Virus record (IMG/VR): IMGVR_UViG_3300031977_001585
Coordinates: 1-64,000 of that record
Direction: 5' to 3' (one strand)
DNA: 64,000 bases
DNA from: a virus
In this document: piece after piece, positions 1 through 9,633 of the stretch
Position numbering within the stretch: the first letter of the stretch is position 1
How the letters are laid out: each line of letters starts with the position of its first letter
The notes under the pieces: model-generated
The model's input: the letters and a program-made list of their open reading frames with translations, nothing else
Databases searched by the model: none
Told to the model about the DNA's origin: nothing
Position numbers and translations under genes: made by a program

Positions 1-3000
1 CGTGTTGATGTGCGAGTGTACTCACCAGTAAAGTTACCAGCAAAGTCACCAGCAAAACCACGTGCATAGTTACCTACGAAGTCACCAGCAAAACCACGAG
101 AGTAGTTACCGATGAAGTTACCAGCAAAGTTAGTTACTCGATCTCTAGTGAAGTCACCAACGTAGTTGGTTACACGAGTACGAGCATATGCTGAACTACG
201 GCTTCTGGTTGAAGTACGTGTGCTGTTACGTGTGTATTCACCAATGAAGTTACCTGCGAAGTTTGTTACACGGTTACGTGTGAAGTCACCAACATAGTTA
301 GTGATACGAGTACGTGCATAAGCAGAGTAACGTACACGAGTTGAAGTACGGACACTGTTACGAGTGTAGTTGCCTACAAAGTTACCAGCAAAGTTTGTAA
401 CACGGTTACGAGTAAAGTCACCAACGTAGTTAGTGATGCGAGTACGTGCGTATGCTGAATAACGAGTACGGGTTGAAGTGCGAGTAGATGTACGTGCGTA
501 GTTTCCTACGTAATCACCTGTGTAGTAACCAGTACGTACGTAGTTTCCTACGAAGTCACCTGCATAGTAACCAGTACGTGTGTAGTAACCAGTGTTGGTT
601 GACGTACGGGTTGACGTACGAGCATAGTTGCCTTCATAAGAAGCACCACGAGTACGTGCATAGTTACCTTCATAAGAAGCACCACGAGTACGTGAGTAGT
701 CACCGACATATGATGCGGCACGAGTACGTGTGTATGCTACTGTACCTACGTAATCACCAGCAAAGTTACCAACGTAGTTTCCGGTGTAGGATGCACCACG
801 ACTACGAGTGTATGCTACGTTACGGGTATAGTTGGTTGCACGAGTACGTTGATAGTTTACGGTACCTACGTAATCACCAGCAAAGTTACCTACGTAATCA
901 CCAGTATAAGTTGCGGCACGGTTACGAGTATAGTTTTGTGACCACTCACCAATGAAGTCACCTGTGAAGTCACCTGCGTAGTTTGCAGTACCGACGAAGT
1001 TACCAGTATAACTTGAAGTTCCTGTCCATGATAGACCATATCTCCATTCCGCACCATATGATACACGGAATGTACCTCTTGAATACCATACACCGTTCTT
1101 CTGTACAGAAGTTGTACCTGAAGTACCAGAAGCAAATCCAACATATACTCCGTCAGCATAGAGCATGATACCTTGCATCTCGTAGTCATATACCCACTGG
1201 GTGACGTTTGCAACGTATACGTCAGTGTTGGTCTGAGTGCCAGTAGAGGTACGTGTTGACGTAACTGAACGAGAATAGTTGACAATTGAGTTACGAGTCG
1301 AGTTAGTAGCACCACCACGTGAGTAGTCACCTGTATAGGATGCCGCACGACTACGAGTGTAGTTAGTTGCACGAGTACGAGTAAAGTTGGTCTGACGTGT
1401 GTAATCACCTAAGAAGTTACCAGTGTATCCTACTGTACGAGAGTAGTTACCAGTATAGGTGGCTGCACGTGTACGAGTATAATCTGTTGCACGAGTACGA
1501 GTAAAGTTGGTCTGACGTGTGTAGTTACCGACATACGATGCCGCACGAGTACGTGCATAGTTACCGACATACGATGCCGCACGGTTACGTGCATAGTTAC
1601 CAACATACGATGCGGCACGAGTACGTGCATAGTTACCTACGAAGTCACCTGCGTAGTATAAAGTACGAGTATATGCTAGTACACGAGTCGATGTACGTGT
1701 TGACGTACGAGTGTAATCTAGTACACGAGTCGACGTACGTACAGAGGTACGTGCGTAGTTGCCTACAAAGTCACCTGCGTAGTTGCCAGCAAACCCACGT
1801 GCGTAGTTACCAACAAAATCTCCGGTAAACGTAGTAGCATAGTTGCCTACGAAATCACCAGCAAAGTTAGTTACACGATCACGGGTATAGTTACCAGTAA
1901 AGTCACCTGTATAGTTTCCTGTGAATCCACGTGCGTAGTTACCTACGAAGTCACCAGTAAAGGTTGTCGCATAGTTACCTACGAAGTCTCCCGCAAAGTT
2001 AGTGACACGATCACGAGCATAGTTACCAATGAAGTCACCAGCAAAGTTGCCAGCAAACGCACGTGCATAGTTACCAACAAAATCTCCAACGAAATCACGG
2101 GCATAGTTGCCAATGAAGTTGCCAGCATAGTTGGTTACACGATCACGAGTATATGCTGAGTAACGAGTACGTGTTGACGTACGAGCATAAGCACTGTAAC
2201 GAGTACGAGTAGATGTACGTGTTGATACACGAGCATAGTTACCGACATAGTTGCCAGCAAACCCACGTGAGTAGTTGCCTACAAAGTTACGTGCATAGTT
2301 ACCTTGGAAACTGCGTGAGTAGTTACCAACGAAGTTACCAGCAAAGTTTGTAACACGGTTACGAGTATATGATGATACACGAACACGTGAGTAGATGCCA
2401 GCAAAGTTAGTGACACGATCACGAGTGTAGTTAGTTACACGAGTGCGGACGTAGTTATCAGAATAAGCAGAAACACGAGTACGAGTGTAAGTGCCTGCGT
2501 ATGCTGAAACACGGTTACGTGAATAAGTACCTGCGTATGCAGAGACACGGTTACGTGAGTAAGTTCCTGCATAGGTACCAGTATAAGACGACACACGAGT
2601 ACGAGTGTAGTTAGCAGAGTATGCAGAACTACGTGTACGTGAGTATGTGCCTGAGTAAGATGATACACGACCACGAGTGTACGAAGATGCACGGCTGCGT
2701 GAGAATGTACCAGTAAAGTTTGTTACACGGTTACGAGTGTATGTTGATACACGTGCTCGTGTATAAGTTCCAGCAAAGTATCCAGTGAATGCTGTTAGAC
2801 GTGTACGTGAGTAAGTCGACGTACGAGTCCTTGAGTAAACACCTGAGTATGCAGAACCACGAGTACGAGAATAGTTACCCTCGAAACCACGTGTGTAGTT
2901 TCCTGTGAAGTCACGTGAGTATGTGCCCGTGTAATCACCTACGAAAGTACGTGAGAAAGTATTGACACTATTACGTGTATATGAGGAAACACGATTTCTT

Positions 3001-3845
3001 GAGTAAGCAGAAACACGAGTTGTTACATACGATGATGGGCGTGTGCGAGTATAACTCTGATCCACGATCGTACGACGTGTGTTTGTTGCTGAACCCTTTG
3101 CCATCCAAGTACCTGCAGATGTAGGTACACCTTGTGTATCAGAACGTAATTGATACGAACCGATAGCACCAGCAGTGGCACGTAGAGTTTTTGCACGTTG
3201 ACCAAGTGTGTACTTGATCTGTGCGTCTGTCATTTCTTTAAATCCGTCGACAGAAGAACCATCATAGACAGTTGCAACTGGACGAACAACATCATAAGTA
3301 GTTGCACTTAATGATGTCTTTTTCCAAATATGGTAGTTTACAGTAGTGCCGTCTCCATGAGTATCTGTAAATACATTCTCAATATGGATACTCCAATCTA
3401 AGCCTGGAGATGTTTGAGATAGACGGAAGGATCCTTGATATTCTAATCCCGCAACGTCTTTCATGACACGTTCTGTAAGTAGGTCTAAGTCCCCGTCGTT
3501 CATTTCATAGAAACCAGGGTTAGGCCCCACGTCATAGTATCCTACTGGACGGGCAAAATCTGCACCGGACTCATCTGCTGATCCACCCACTTGCTTAAGA
3601 GCAGTAGTTGTTGTGGTACCAGTGATCTGAGATGCAGGGTGTGTCCCTGCTGGTTCGTTGTAGTACGTATCTACGAAGGAACCAATATTCACACTTCCGG
3701 TTAAACTGATATTACCGATATCACTAGCAGTGGCCTCTGCTAATGCTTCTCCAACCTTAATGGCAAGATATGCTTCTTCTGCCGGTTGGAATTCCTGTAG
3801 GTCACCATCATTAATGATTTTTAGTGGTATACTAGATGCTGACAC
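1..3845 (-). CDS. Giant stalk-and-knob repeat protein (>1281 aa, 3' end beyond the window); probable virion fibre
   Basis: Not in the ORF track because it runs off the window. GTG at 3845 gives MSASSIPLKIINDGDLQEF..., and the same frame still reads ...FAGNFTGEYTRTST at position 3. Late promoter at 3896-3903. Globular N-terminus (~3845-3060), then [FY]xG[ND]/YxRx/SxRx/Rx[STA]x tetrapeptide repeats around a central non-repetitive domain (~1020-1235). Confidence 0.9.
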   Translation of the reverse strand, partial: MSASSIPLKIINDGDLQEFQPAEEAYLAIKVGEALAEATASDIGNISLTGSVNIGSFVDTYYNEPAGTHPASQITGTTTTTALKQVGGSADESGADFARPVGYYDVGPNPGFYEMNDGDLDLLTERVMKDVAGLEYQGSFRLSQTSPGLDWSIHIENVFTDTHGDGTTVNYHIWKKTSLSATTYDVVRPVATVYDGSSVDGFKEMTDAQIKYTLGQRAKTLRATAGAIGSYQLRSDTQGVPTSAGTWMAKGSATNTRRTIVDQSYTRTRPSSYVTTRVSAYSRNRVSSYTRNSVNTFSRTFVGDYTGTYSRDFTGNYTRGFEGNYSRTRGSAYSGVYSRTRTSTYSRTRLTAFTGYFAGTYTRARVSTYTRNRVTNFTGTFSRSRASSYTRGRVSSYSGTYSRTRSSAYSANYTRTRVSSYTGTYAGTYSRNRVSAYAGTYSRNRVSAYAGTYTRTRVSAYSDNYVRTRVTNYTRDRVTNFAGIYSRVRVSSYTRNRVTNFAGNFVGNYSRSFQGNYARNFVGNYSRGFAGNYVGNYARVSTRTSTRTRYSAYARTSTRTRYSAYTRDRVTNYAGNFIGNYARDFVGDFVGNYARAFAGNFAGDFIGNYARDRVTNFAGDFVGNYATTFTGDFVGNYARGFTGNYTGDFTGNYTRDRVTNFAGDFVGNYATTFTGDFVGNYARGFAGNYAGDFVGNYARTSVRTSTRVLDYTRTSTRTSTRVLAYTRTLYYAGDFVGNYARTRAASYVGNYARNRAASYVGNYARTRAASYVGNYTRQTNFTRTRATDYTRTRAATYTGNYSRTVGYTGNFLGDYTRQTNFTRTRATNYTRSRAASYTGDYSRGGATNSTRNSIVNYSRSVTSTRTSTGTQTNTDVYVANVTQWVYDYEMQGIMLYADGVYVGFASGTSGTTSVQKNGVWYSRGTFRVSYGAEWRYGLSWTGTSSYTGNFVGTANYAGDFTGDFIGEWSQNYTRNRAATYTGDYVGNFAGDYVGTVNYQRTRATNYTRNVAYTRSRGASYTGNYVGNFAGDYVGTVAYTRTRAASYVGDYSRTRGASYEGNYARTRGASYEGNYARTSTRTSTNTGYYTRTGYYAGDFVGNYVRTGYYTGDYVGNYARTSTRTSTRTRYSAYARTRITNYVGDFTRNRVTNFAGNFVGNYTRNSVRTSTRVRYSAYARTRITNYVGDFTRNRVTNFAGNFIGEYTRNSTRTSTRSRSSAYARTRVTNYVGDFTRDRVTNFAGNFIGNYSRGFAGDFVGNYARGFAGDFAGNFTGEYTRTST

Positions 3846-3895
3846 GATATCGTCTCTCTTTTAAAAGTTAAAGTTTAGTGGTTAATGACGTAGAT

Positions 3896-3903
3896 TATTT
3901 ATA
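3896..3903 (-). promoter_or_regulatory. T4-type late promoter
   Basis: TATAAATA on the minus strand ~50 nt upstream of the GTG at 3845. Confidence 0.85.
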
Positions 3904-3922
3904 CGAAATCAGATCGTCACTT

Positions 3923-4402
3923 TTAACTTTTTTGAGGCCAGACCACTTCCTGTACAGAAGTAACACCATCTAGGTGGTCGGTGATATCTCTTAACTGCTG
4001 CCGGTAGTTTCTCCATGACTGCAACTCTTGCTCAGATAGAGGAGCATCAAGTGCTTGAGTCCAGTCACAAGCAGTGAGTAATTGGTCTCGAATCATACGA
4101 ACATCTCTAACCAAATCTTCGTGGTTCCATGTCCAATCTAAAGACTCGAAGTTCCACGTTGCATGCTTGTTTGGTGGTAACCCTGTGAATTTAAAGGTTT
4201 TTGTTGATGCATCAAACCAGTGATAATCCATGAAGTAGGACAAGTCACTGCATCCTGCAGGAAGACTATCCTCATGAACATAGATAATACGTTGAGAACC
4301 ATCGGGAGTAAACCCCTCTGAATCAATCTTCACTTGCGGAAGAGAGATCCTTTCTAGTCTTCCTGTCTGCGTATTAGCATATACAACATAGCATAATTTC
4401 AT
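3923..4402 (-). CDS. Tail fibre assembly chaperone
   Basis: C-terminal RDQLLTACDWTQALDAPL...WRNYRQQLRDIT...VVWPQK motif typical of phage tail assembly chaperones; directly follows a fibre gene. Confidence 0.85.
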   Translation of the reverse strand: MKLCYVVYANTQTGRLERISLPQVKIDSEGFTPDGSQRIIYVHEDSLPAGCSDLSYFMDYHWFDASTKTFKFTGLPPNKHATWNFESLDWTWNHEDLVRDVRMIRDQLLTACDWTQALDAPLSEQELQSWRNYRQQLRDITDHLDGVTSVQEVVWPQKS

Positions 4403-4403
4403 T

Positions 4404-7400
4404 TTAACTTCTCGTTACTTGATAATAGGTCATAATAGGTCCACCAGAGTAGTCTGTCTCGATGTAATTTCCACGAGTATATGTGAATCCACCAGTTGTT
4501 ATTGTAGTATCATTTTCACTCTGACCTGATAGTGGTTCAGAAAAATACACTTCAGTCCCATTCCATCGAATCTGTATCGTCACAAGATCTTCACCTTCTG
4601 GACTAGGAACAAGTGATACTCTCCACCAAGTGCCAGAGTTAGACGTATCTGTCGTCTGAGGTGGTGGTTCTGAGTTGACATCTGACGAAGTAGGTGCTAC
4701 CGAAACCGGAGTAGTTACCAAATAACTACCTGCTGTGATCCATTGACTACCATTGAACACTTTTATATCATAGGTATATGATGTCCCATTAGGTGGGATC
4801 TCATTTACCGTGAAGTTATTTAGACCACTTGTTACTGTAACATCTGTTAAAATGAGAGCATTATCACGATAAACTCTCAACGACACAGGAGTAGACCCCT
4901 CTGTCAAATGTGTTACTGACAGTTGATGTGTTGTGTCATTTTCCGGATGCACTATTCGATTAGAGGTTGTGGCAAAAATACCCGAATCATTATCATATAA
5001 CGTGAACTCTTTCTCCGCAAGAACCTCAACGTTGCTACTACCCATTGGTTCGTTGATACTGGAAGTGTCATTCCCAGTACGTAACTGTGCCCTGAAGGTT
5101 TCTCCTTGCCATCCCATTTCTCCAACACCGGCTGATACTGTACTGGTTCGTGTATAGTTGCCTATGAACTCACCCGTATAATACGTCTTGGCACCATCGG
5201 AGTATGAAGAGGTTCTAGTTCTTATAAAGTCTCTAGTTGAGGTTCTAGTAGAATTCCTTGTCGATGGTACATAATTCGCATAGTTCCCCAAGTAACTTGG
5301 TGTCCTCACATAACTGCGTGAATCTGTAAAGTCACGTGTATAGTTACCTGTAAAGTTACCAGTGTACTCTCCAATAAAGGACAACACCCTACTGAAAGCA
5401 GTGACTCTTATATCGGTTCGAGAACTAACACGTGTGTAGTAAGAGATCGGATATCTACTATATGAGTCTACAATGTTGCGACTATAATTACCTTCGTAGT
5501 TACCTTCATACGATGGAGATCTGCTATACGTTCCTGTATAGTCACCTATGAAATCTCCAACAAATGATCTCTGATAGTTGCCCTCAAAATTACCACCGAA
5601 GTCTCGATTATAGTTTCCGGTGAATGTACCAGCATAGGAGAACACGGACTCTCGTACACGAGTTGACGTACGACTAGACGTTCGTTGATAGTTAACCGCA
5701 TGATTCTCTACACTACCTTCTATGATGACTTGTCGAGTAGACGCACCTACATAATCTCCCGTATAGATGCGAGTATAAATTCCAGTTCTCTCATAGTTAC
5801 CCGTATACTGACCAGCAAAGTTTCTGTTATAAGTTCCTGTGTATTCCGATACAAATCCTCTTTCATAATTGCCTAAGAAACCTGGTGTGTATGTGCTAAC
5901 TCGGTTTTTAAGATATGTGCTGTATCTGGTAACAACCCTTCCACTTGTCTTGGTTGATATTCGAGAGTTCTCTCCCACGAAATTACGTGTATAATATCCA
6001 AATATCTCGACCATACCACCCGCATCGGGATCGAATATAAATCGACTAGAAACTTTTGTGACGTTGCCGACAAAGGATCGAGTGTAATTTCCAAAATAAC
6101 TTCTACTATAGTCCCCATTATAAGCACGACCATAATTACCAATATAGGTAAGAGTACCTGTATATGAAGAGACTCTATTTCTAGTAGAACTACCTCCCAC
6201 CGATCTAATCCGTTGATAGTTACCTATAAAGTCTCGGGTATAATTGCCTACAAAGTTTTGACTAGCAGTTGGTGTGCTTGTACTGGTGTTTTCTGCTATT
6301 TTATAATCTTCAACAAATGTAGTGGCAGTTTGAAGTGTCCCTCTATGATAATATTTACCTCCTACAGGACCGACAATGGATGATACTCTTGCATCAGCCA
6401 TACTATCGTATGCACTACTGGTGTAAACGAGTGTTCCATTGTAGTATAATTGAATAAAGTATTCGTACGTAATATCTCCTCTACCGTCACCAAATCCACC
6501 TTCTACGAATCGAGCAAGTCTCCATACGTATTGAGGATTACCATTAGTGATAGAATATAAGAACGGATCAGACCCACTACCACTGACTCTGGTTCGTTCG
6601 TAGGTAGAGGTTCTAGTTCTCTCGTAGTTGCCTTCGTACGAAGCATTTCCCGTAAAATTACCCACAAACGTACGAGAGTAAGTTGAGGTTCTTGAGTAGT
6701 TCCCCTCAAAGTTGCGAGAGTAATTACCGACAAACGTACGAGAGTATCCCCCTTCATATGACTCGACACGTGTACGTGTATAGTCTACCAGATTTGCGTA
6801 CGAAGACGTTCTGGTTCGAGCAAACTCACCAGTATAAGTAATCGTTCTGGTGTAGTTACCTACGAAACCACGTTGATAGTTACCAACAAACGTTCGGGTG
6901 CTCTCTGTCCCACCCCTAGTTCGAGTGTATGCGGAGATTCGAGTTCGAGCATAAGTTCCGTCGTATGTGGACAGTCTTGCTCTCGTTGAGATTCTTTGAT
7001 ACGGCACTTGTCGGGTAGATGTTATCGAGTATCGATAACGGCCATAATTTACCTGTGGAACGTAATCCCCTATGAAGTTGCCCAGAAAATTTCCAGTGTA
7101 GGTTAGAGTTCGAGTAAAGTCGAATGGTCTTTGTCTTTGATAAGACGATACTCGTGTTCGACTTGATACTCGATTATACGCAGAAAGTCTCGTGCGTGTA
7201 GACGTACGAGTAAATGTCTTCGACGTTGACAACTCTGGTATTCGAGTTCTAGTGTAATTACCAGCGTAGTTAGACGGACGGTTTCGTTGATACGTCTCGG
7301 TATATGTACCTGGTCTATAGGTTATCTCAAGTCTACCTTCTGGGTCATTCGGTATAGGATTCCAGTTGTAGTAGATGGTGCCCGTATAAAATCTTGAGTA

Positions 7401-8807
7401 GTTACCCTCGAATGATAACCCGTCTGAGTAATTACGTTCGAATGTACTCGTACGTGTACTATTCCTTGTCGACAGTCGAGTGTATAGACCTTCATAGTCA
7501 ACTGTTCTTACATAGTCACCCGTGTACCCTATTGTCCTTGTGCTTGTTCTAGTATAAGTGCTAAGACGGGTATAGTCTCCGGTAAAGTCTCCGGTATAGT
7601 ACCCTATTGTATTACCAATAAAGTCACGGTTGAATCCTGTTGCAATATCAACGATTGACTGTCTGGTAAACGACCCTGTTCTTTCAATGGTTACATTATA
7701 TGATGTAGTGTCATTATAAGAGACAAACGTTGCTGTATGCGCAGACCCCGTAAATGTAGAAAAGTTTGCAGTAAAGTCTTTCTGTGCTACACCGTCTGAC
7801 CCTGAGAGTCTGAATAATTTAACGTGATAATTGTTAGGTTCGTTAGTCGTTGCTATTAGACTAATCGATTGTCCTTCAATTATATTATCGACACTAGAGA
7901 ATTGCAATGCTCCCTGTAGACTAGATTCCTCTTCGTTTTGTTGACTAGTTCCTGAAGAAGACCCTTCTAGTTTGGCCGCAAACAATGCGTTCAGGTTCCT
8001 GAAGTTTTGATATATTTCTTGTAGACCTGACTCATCATAGTTAATTAAGATAGAGTCGTAATACCGAACCTGTGTAGTGCTGAACCCCAGTCCGTACAGA
8101 TTAGTTGTAATTTGGTTGTCTTGAAAAGCACCACTAATAGCACCGGATAAAGACCATTCAATATTAATATAGCATCCAGCACTATGATTTAAAAACGGGT
8201 TGCCTAAGACGGTCCAGTTCTGACTTGGTGGTAGATAGGTTTCAATATTAAAAATATTATTGGTGATAAGTGCTCTGGAATCAAAAGCAATTCTACCCTG
8301 TGATGTCTTTATCTGTAGACCATATTCATCGTCGTTTAACGCAGATGAATTTTCTATAATCTCTGCTGTCTCACGGACAATAAAGTAGTCCATGTCCACA
8401 TCCCAATCAGCAGTCACATAGGTCTGGTTTAAATATCCACCATTGGTAAGTCCACGACCTTTGAATCTGTAGGTATTGCTTAGTGCATCACTTGCCGTTC
8501 GTGCTAGGAAAAACACTTCAGGGTTTGAGATAGTAACGTCTTGCGTAGTCCCATTAAAATTGGTAATTGCGTCGGGTACAACTATTGGACCAAATCCGGT
8601 TCCAGTTAAATCTGGATTGTATCCGGTTGCGGTTGGACGTTTTACAAAGACAAAGTCTTCTTTGGTGAGTTCGGAATCTAAGGTAAACGAATGCCCACGA
8701 CCTGCTGCTACAACTCTGTAGTTAAGAAGATCGAGAGTAGTATCGGCAATAATGAAATTGTTACCGTTGCCGTCATTGCCTTGTACCTTTAGACCGTAGG
8801 TCATCAT
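4404..8807 (-). CDS. 1467-aa fibre-like protein with a mirror-repeat stalk inserted in a Calx-beta-like domain
   Basis: N-terminal YGL[KQ].....G...FDS motifs; the same tetrapeptide repeats as the 1-3845 ORF; central and C-terminal copies of a ~70-aa aromatic domain; flanked by chaperone genes. Confidence 0.85.
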   Translation of the reverse strand: MMTYGLKVQGNDGNGNNFIIADTTLDLLNYRVVAAGRGHSFTLDSELTKEDFVFVKRPTATGYNPDLTGTGFGPIVVPDAITNFNGTTQDVTISNPEVFFLARTASDALSNTYRFKGRGLTNGGYLNQTYVTADWDVDMDYFIVRETAEIIENSSALNDDEYGLQIKTSQGRIAFDSRALITNNIFNIETYLPPSQNWTVLGNPFLNHSAGCYINIEWSLSGAISGAFQDNQITTNLYGLGFSTTQVRYYDSILINYDESGLQEIYQNFRNLNALFAAKLEGSSSGTSQQNEEESSLQGALQFSSVDNIIEGQSISLIATTNEPNNYHVKLFRLSGSDGVAQKDFTANFSTFTGSAHTATFVSYNDTTSYNVTIERTGSFTRQSIVDIATGFNRDFIGNTIGYYTGDFTGDYTRLSTYTRTSTRTIGYTGDYVRTVDYEGLYTRLSTRNSTRTSTFERNYSDGLSFEGNYSRFYTGTIYYNWNPIPNDPEGRLEITYRPGTYTETYQRNRPSNYAGNYTRTRIPELSTSKTFTRTSTRTRLSAYNRVSSRTRVSSYQRQRPFDFTRTLTYTGNFLGNFIGDYVPQVNYGRYRYSITSTRQVPYQRISTRARLSTYDGTYARTRISAYTRTRGGTESTRTFVGNYQRGFVGNYTRTITYTGEFARTRTSSYANLVDYTRTRVESYEGGYSRTFVGNYSRNFEGNYSRTSTYSRTFVGNFTGNASYEGNYERTRTSTYERTRVSGSGSDPFLYSITNGNPQYVWRLARFVEGGFGDGRGDITYEYFIQLYYNGTLVYTSSAYDSMADARVSSIVGPVGGKYYHRGTLQTATTFVEDYKIAENTSTSTPTASQNFVGNYTRDFIGNYQRIRSVGGSSTRNRVSSYTGTLTYIGNYGRAYNGDYSRSYFGNYTRSFVGNVTKVSSRFIFDPDAGGMVEIFGYYTRNFVGENSRISTKTSGRVVTRYSTYLKNRVSTYTPGFLGNYERGFVSEYTGTYNRNFAGQYTGNYERTGIYTRIYTGDYVGASTRQVIIEGSVENHAVNYQRTSSRTSTRVRESVFSYAGTFTGNYNRDFGGNFEGNYQRSFVGDFIGDYTGTYSRSPSYEGNYEGNYSRNIVDSYSRYPISYYTRVSSRTDIRVTAFSRVLSFIGEYTGNFTGNYTRDFTDSRSYVRTPSYLGNYANYVPSTRNSTRTSTRDFIRTRTSSYSDGAKTYYTGEFIGNYTRTSTVSAGVGEMGWQGETFRAQLRTGNDTSSINEPMGSSNVEVLAEKEFTLYDNDSGIFATTSNRIVHPENDTTHQLSVTHLTEGSTPVSLRVYRDNALILTDVTVTSGLNNFTVNEIPPNGTSYTYDIKVFNGSQWITAGSYLVTTPVSVAPTSSDVNSEPPPQTTDTSNSGTWWRVSLVPSPEGEDLVTIQIRWNGTEVYFSEPLSGQSENDTTITTGGFTYTRGNYIETDYSGGPIMTYYQVTRS

Positions 8808-9208
8808 CCAACCCTTATCGCAATAACGTCTATGGTTTTATATTCCCATAGTTCTTGTGGAAGGGGAGTGTGTAAATATCTAACATCTTGTAAAGACACC
8901 TGAATTCTATCATTAGTCCAACCACTAGAAATACCTGTAGGAGAATCTTTACTGATTCTGGTAATATAAATTCGTGTGTAGTAATTTAGATTGGCAGGTT
9001 TTCTCACAAGACTGACAATAATATTATTGGTGTCAGATGCGTCCGGACATTCAAGTAGGGTGGAGTCACTCGGCCAGGCAAGAGAAAATGTTTCTCTTAG
9101 TTGGATATTACTGGTTCTTATATTATCAGAGAATACGACTTCAGGTTGAACAAATGTACCATCCTCTTGCTCAATTTTAGGGCCGTATAGTTGGATACCA
9201 TAACTCAT
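8804..9208 (-). CDS. Small structural protein (MSYGIQLYG... type found after tail-tip fibres)
   Basis: 134 aa, translationally coupled to the next gene; N-terminus resembles that of 4404-8807. Confidence 0.6.
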   Translation of the reverse strand: MSYGIQLYGPKIEQEDGTFVQPEVVFSDNIRTSNIQLRETFSLAWPSDSTLLECPDASDTNNIIVSLVRKPANLNYYTRIYITRISKDSPTGISSGWTNDRIQVSLQDVRYLHTPLPQELWEYKTIDVIAIRVG

Positions 9209-9216
9209 GGTGCCCC

Positions 9217-9621
9217 CTATGGTTTAGGTGGCCAAACAACTGACTCCAAATCAGAATAGTCTTGTGTGATATCACGAAGTGTTTGTCTGTACACGCTCCA
9301 TTCTTCTCGTTGACCGTCACTCAGACCATTGTCATCTAACCTAGTCCAGTCACATTCCTGAAGTTTAGTATTACGTGCCTGACGCAATTCTTCTATTTCG
9401 ATCTGTGCGATAACATCATCTGGATAAGGTGCTACAATCTGTGCTACAATATCATCAGATTCAATGTATTTGTTCAGAACAATTGCTCGTGTAGCATCAT
9501 ACTCTTCTTGCCACGGAATAAAAAGTTTCCATGCTTCTGGTGATGGTACCACATTATTGGGAAAGGATTGAGGAGAACCCACTGGAATACCGTTATGTAC
9601 TTTTATAAACTGTATGCTCAT
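9217..9621 (-). CDS. Tail fibre assembly chaperone (paralogue of 3923-4402)
   Basis: RNTKLQECDWTRLDD...WSVYRQTLRDITQ...VVWPPKP. Confidence 0.85.
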   Translation of the reverse strand: MSIQFIKVHNGIPVGSPQSFPNNVVPSPEAWKLFIPWQEEYDATRAIVLNKYIESDDIVAQIVAPYPDDVIAQIEIEELRQARNTKLQECDWTRLDDNGLSDGQREEWSVYRQTLRDITQDYSDLESVVWPPKP

Positions 9622-9633
9622 TTTAATTTCCTA

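Noticed and set aside
1-2260. DNA inverted repeat, CRISPR array or DGR template/variable repeats as the cause of the symmetry
   Set aside because: The arms are not reverse complements (FVGN codons do not complement STRT codons). Repeats are in-frame multiples of 3 with synonymous variation, there is no repeat-spacer pattern, and no reverse transcriptase or cas gene is in the window.
488-3205. Track ORFs 488-955, 890-1408, 983-1168, 1430-1630, 1517-1828, 2435-2692, 3023-3205
   Set aside because: Off-frame or antisense shadows of the repetitive 1-3845 ORF, which the track missed because it has no stop in the window.
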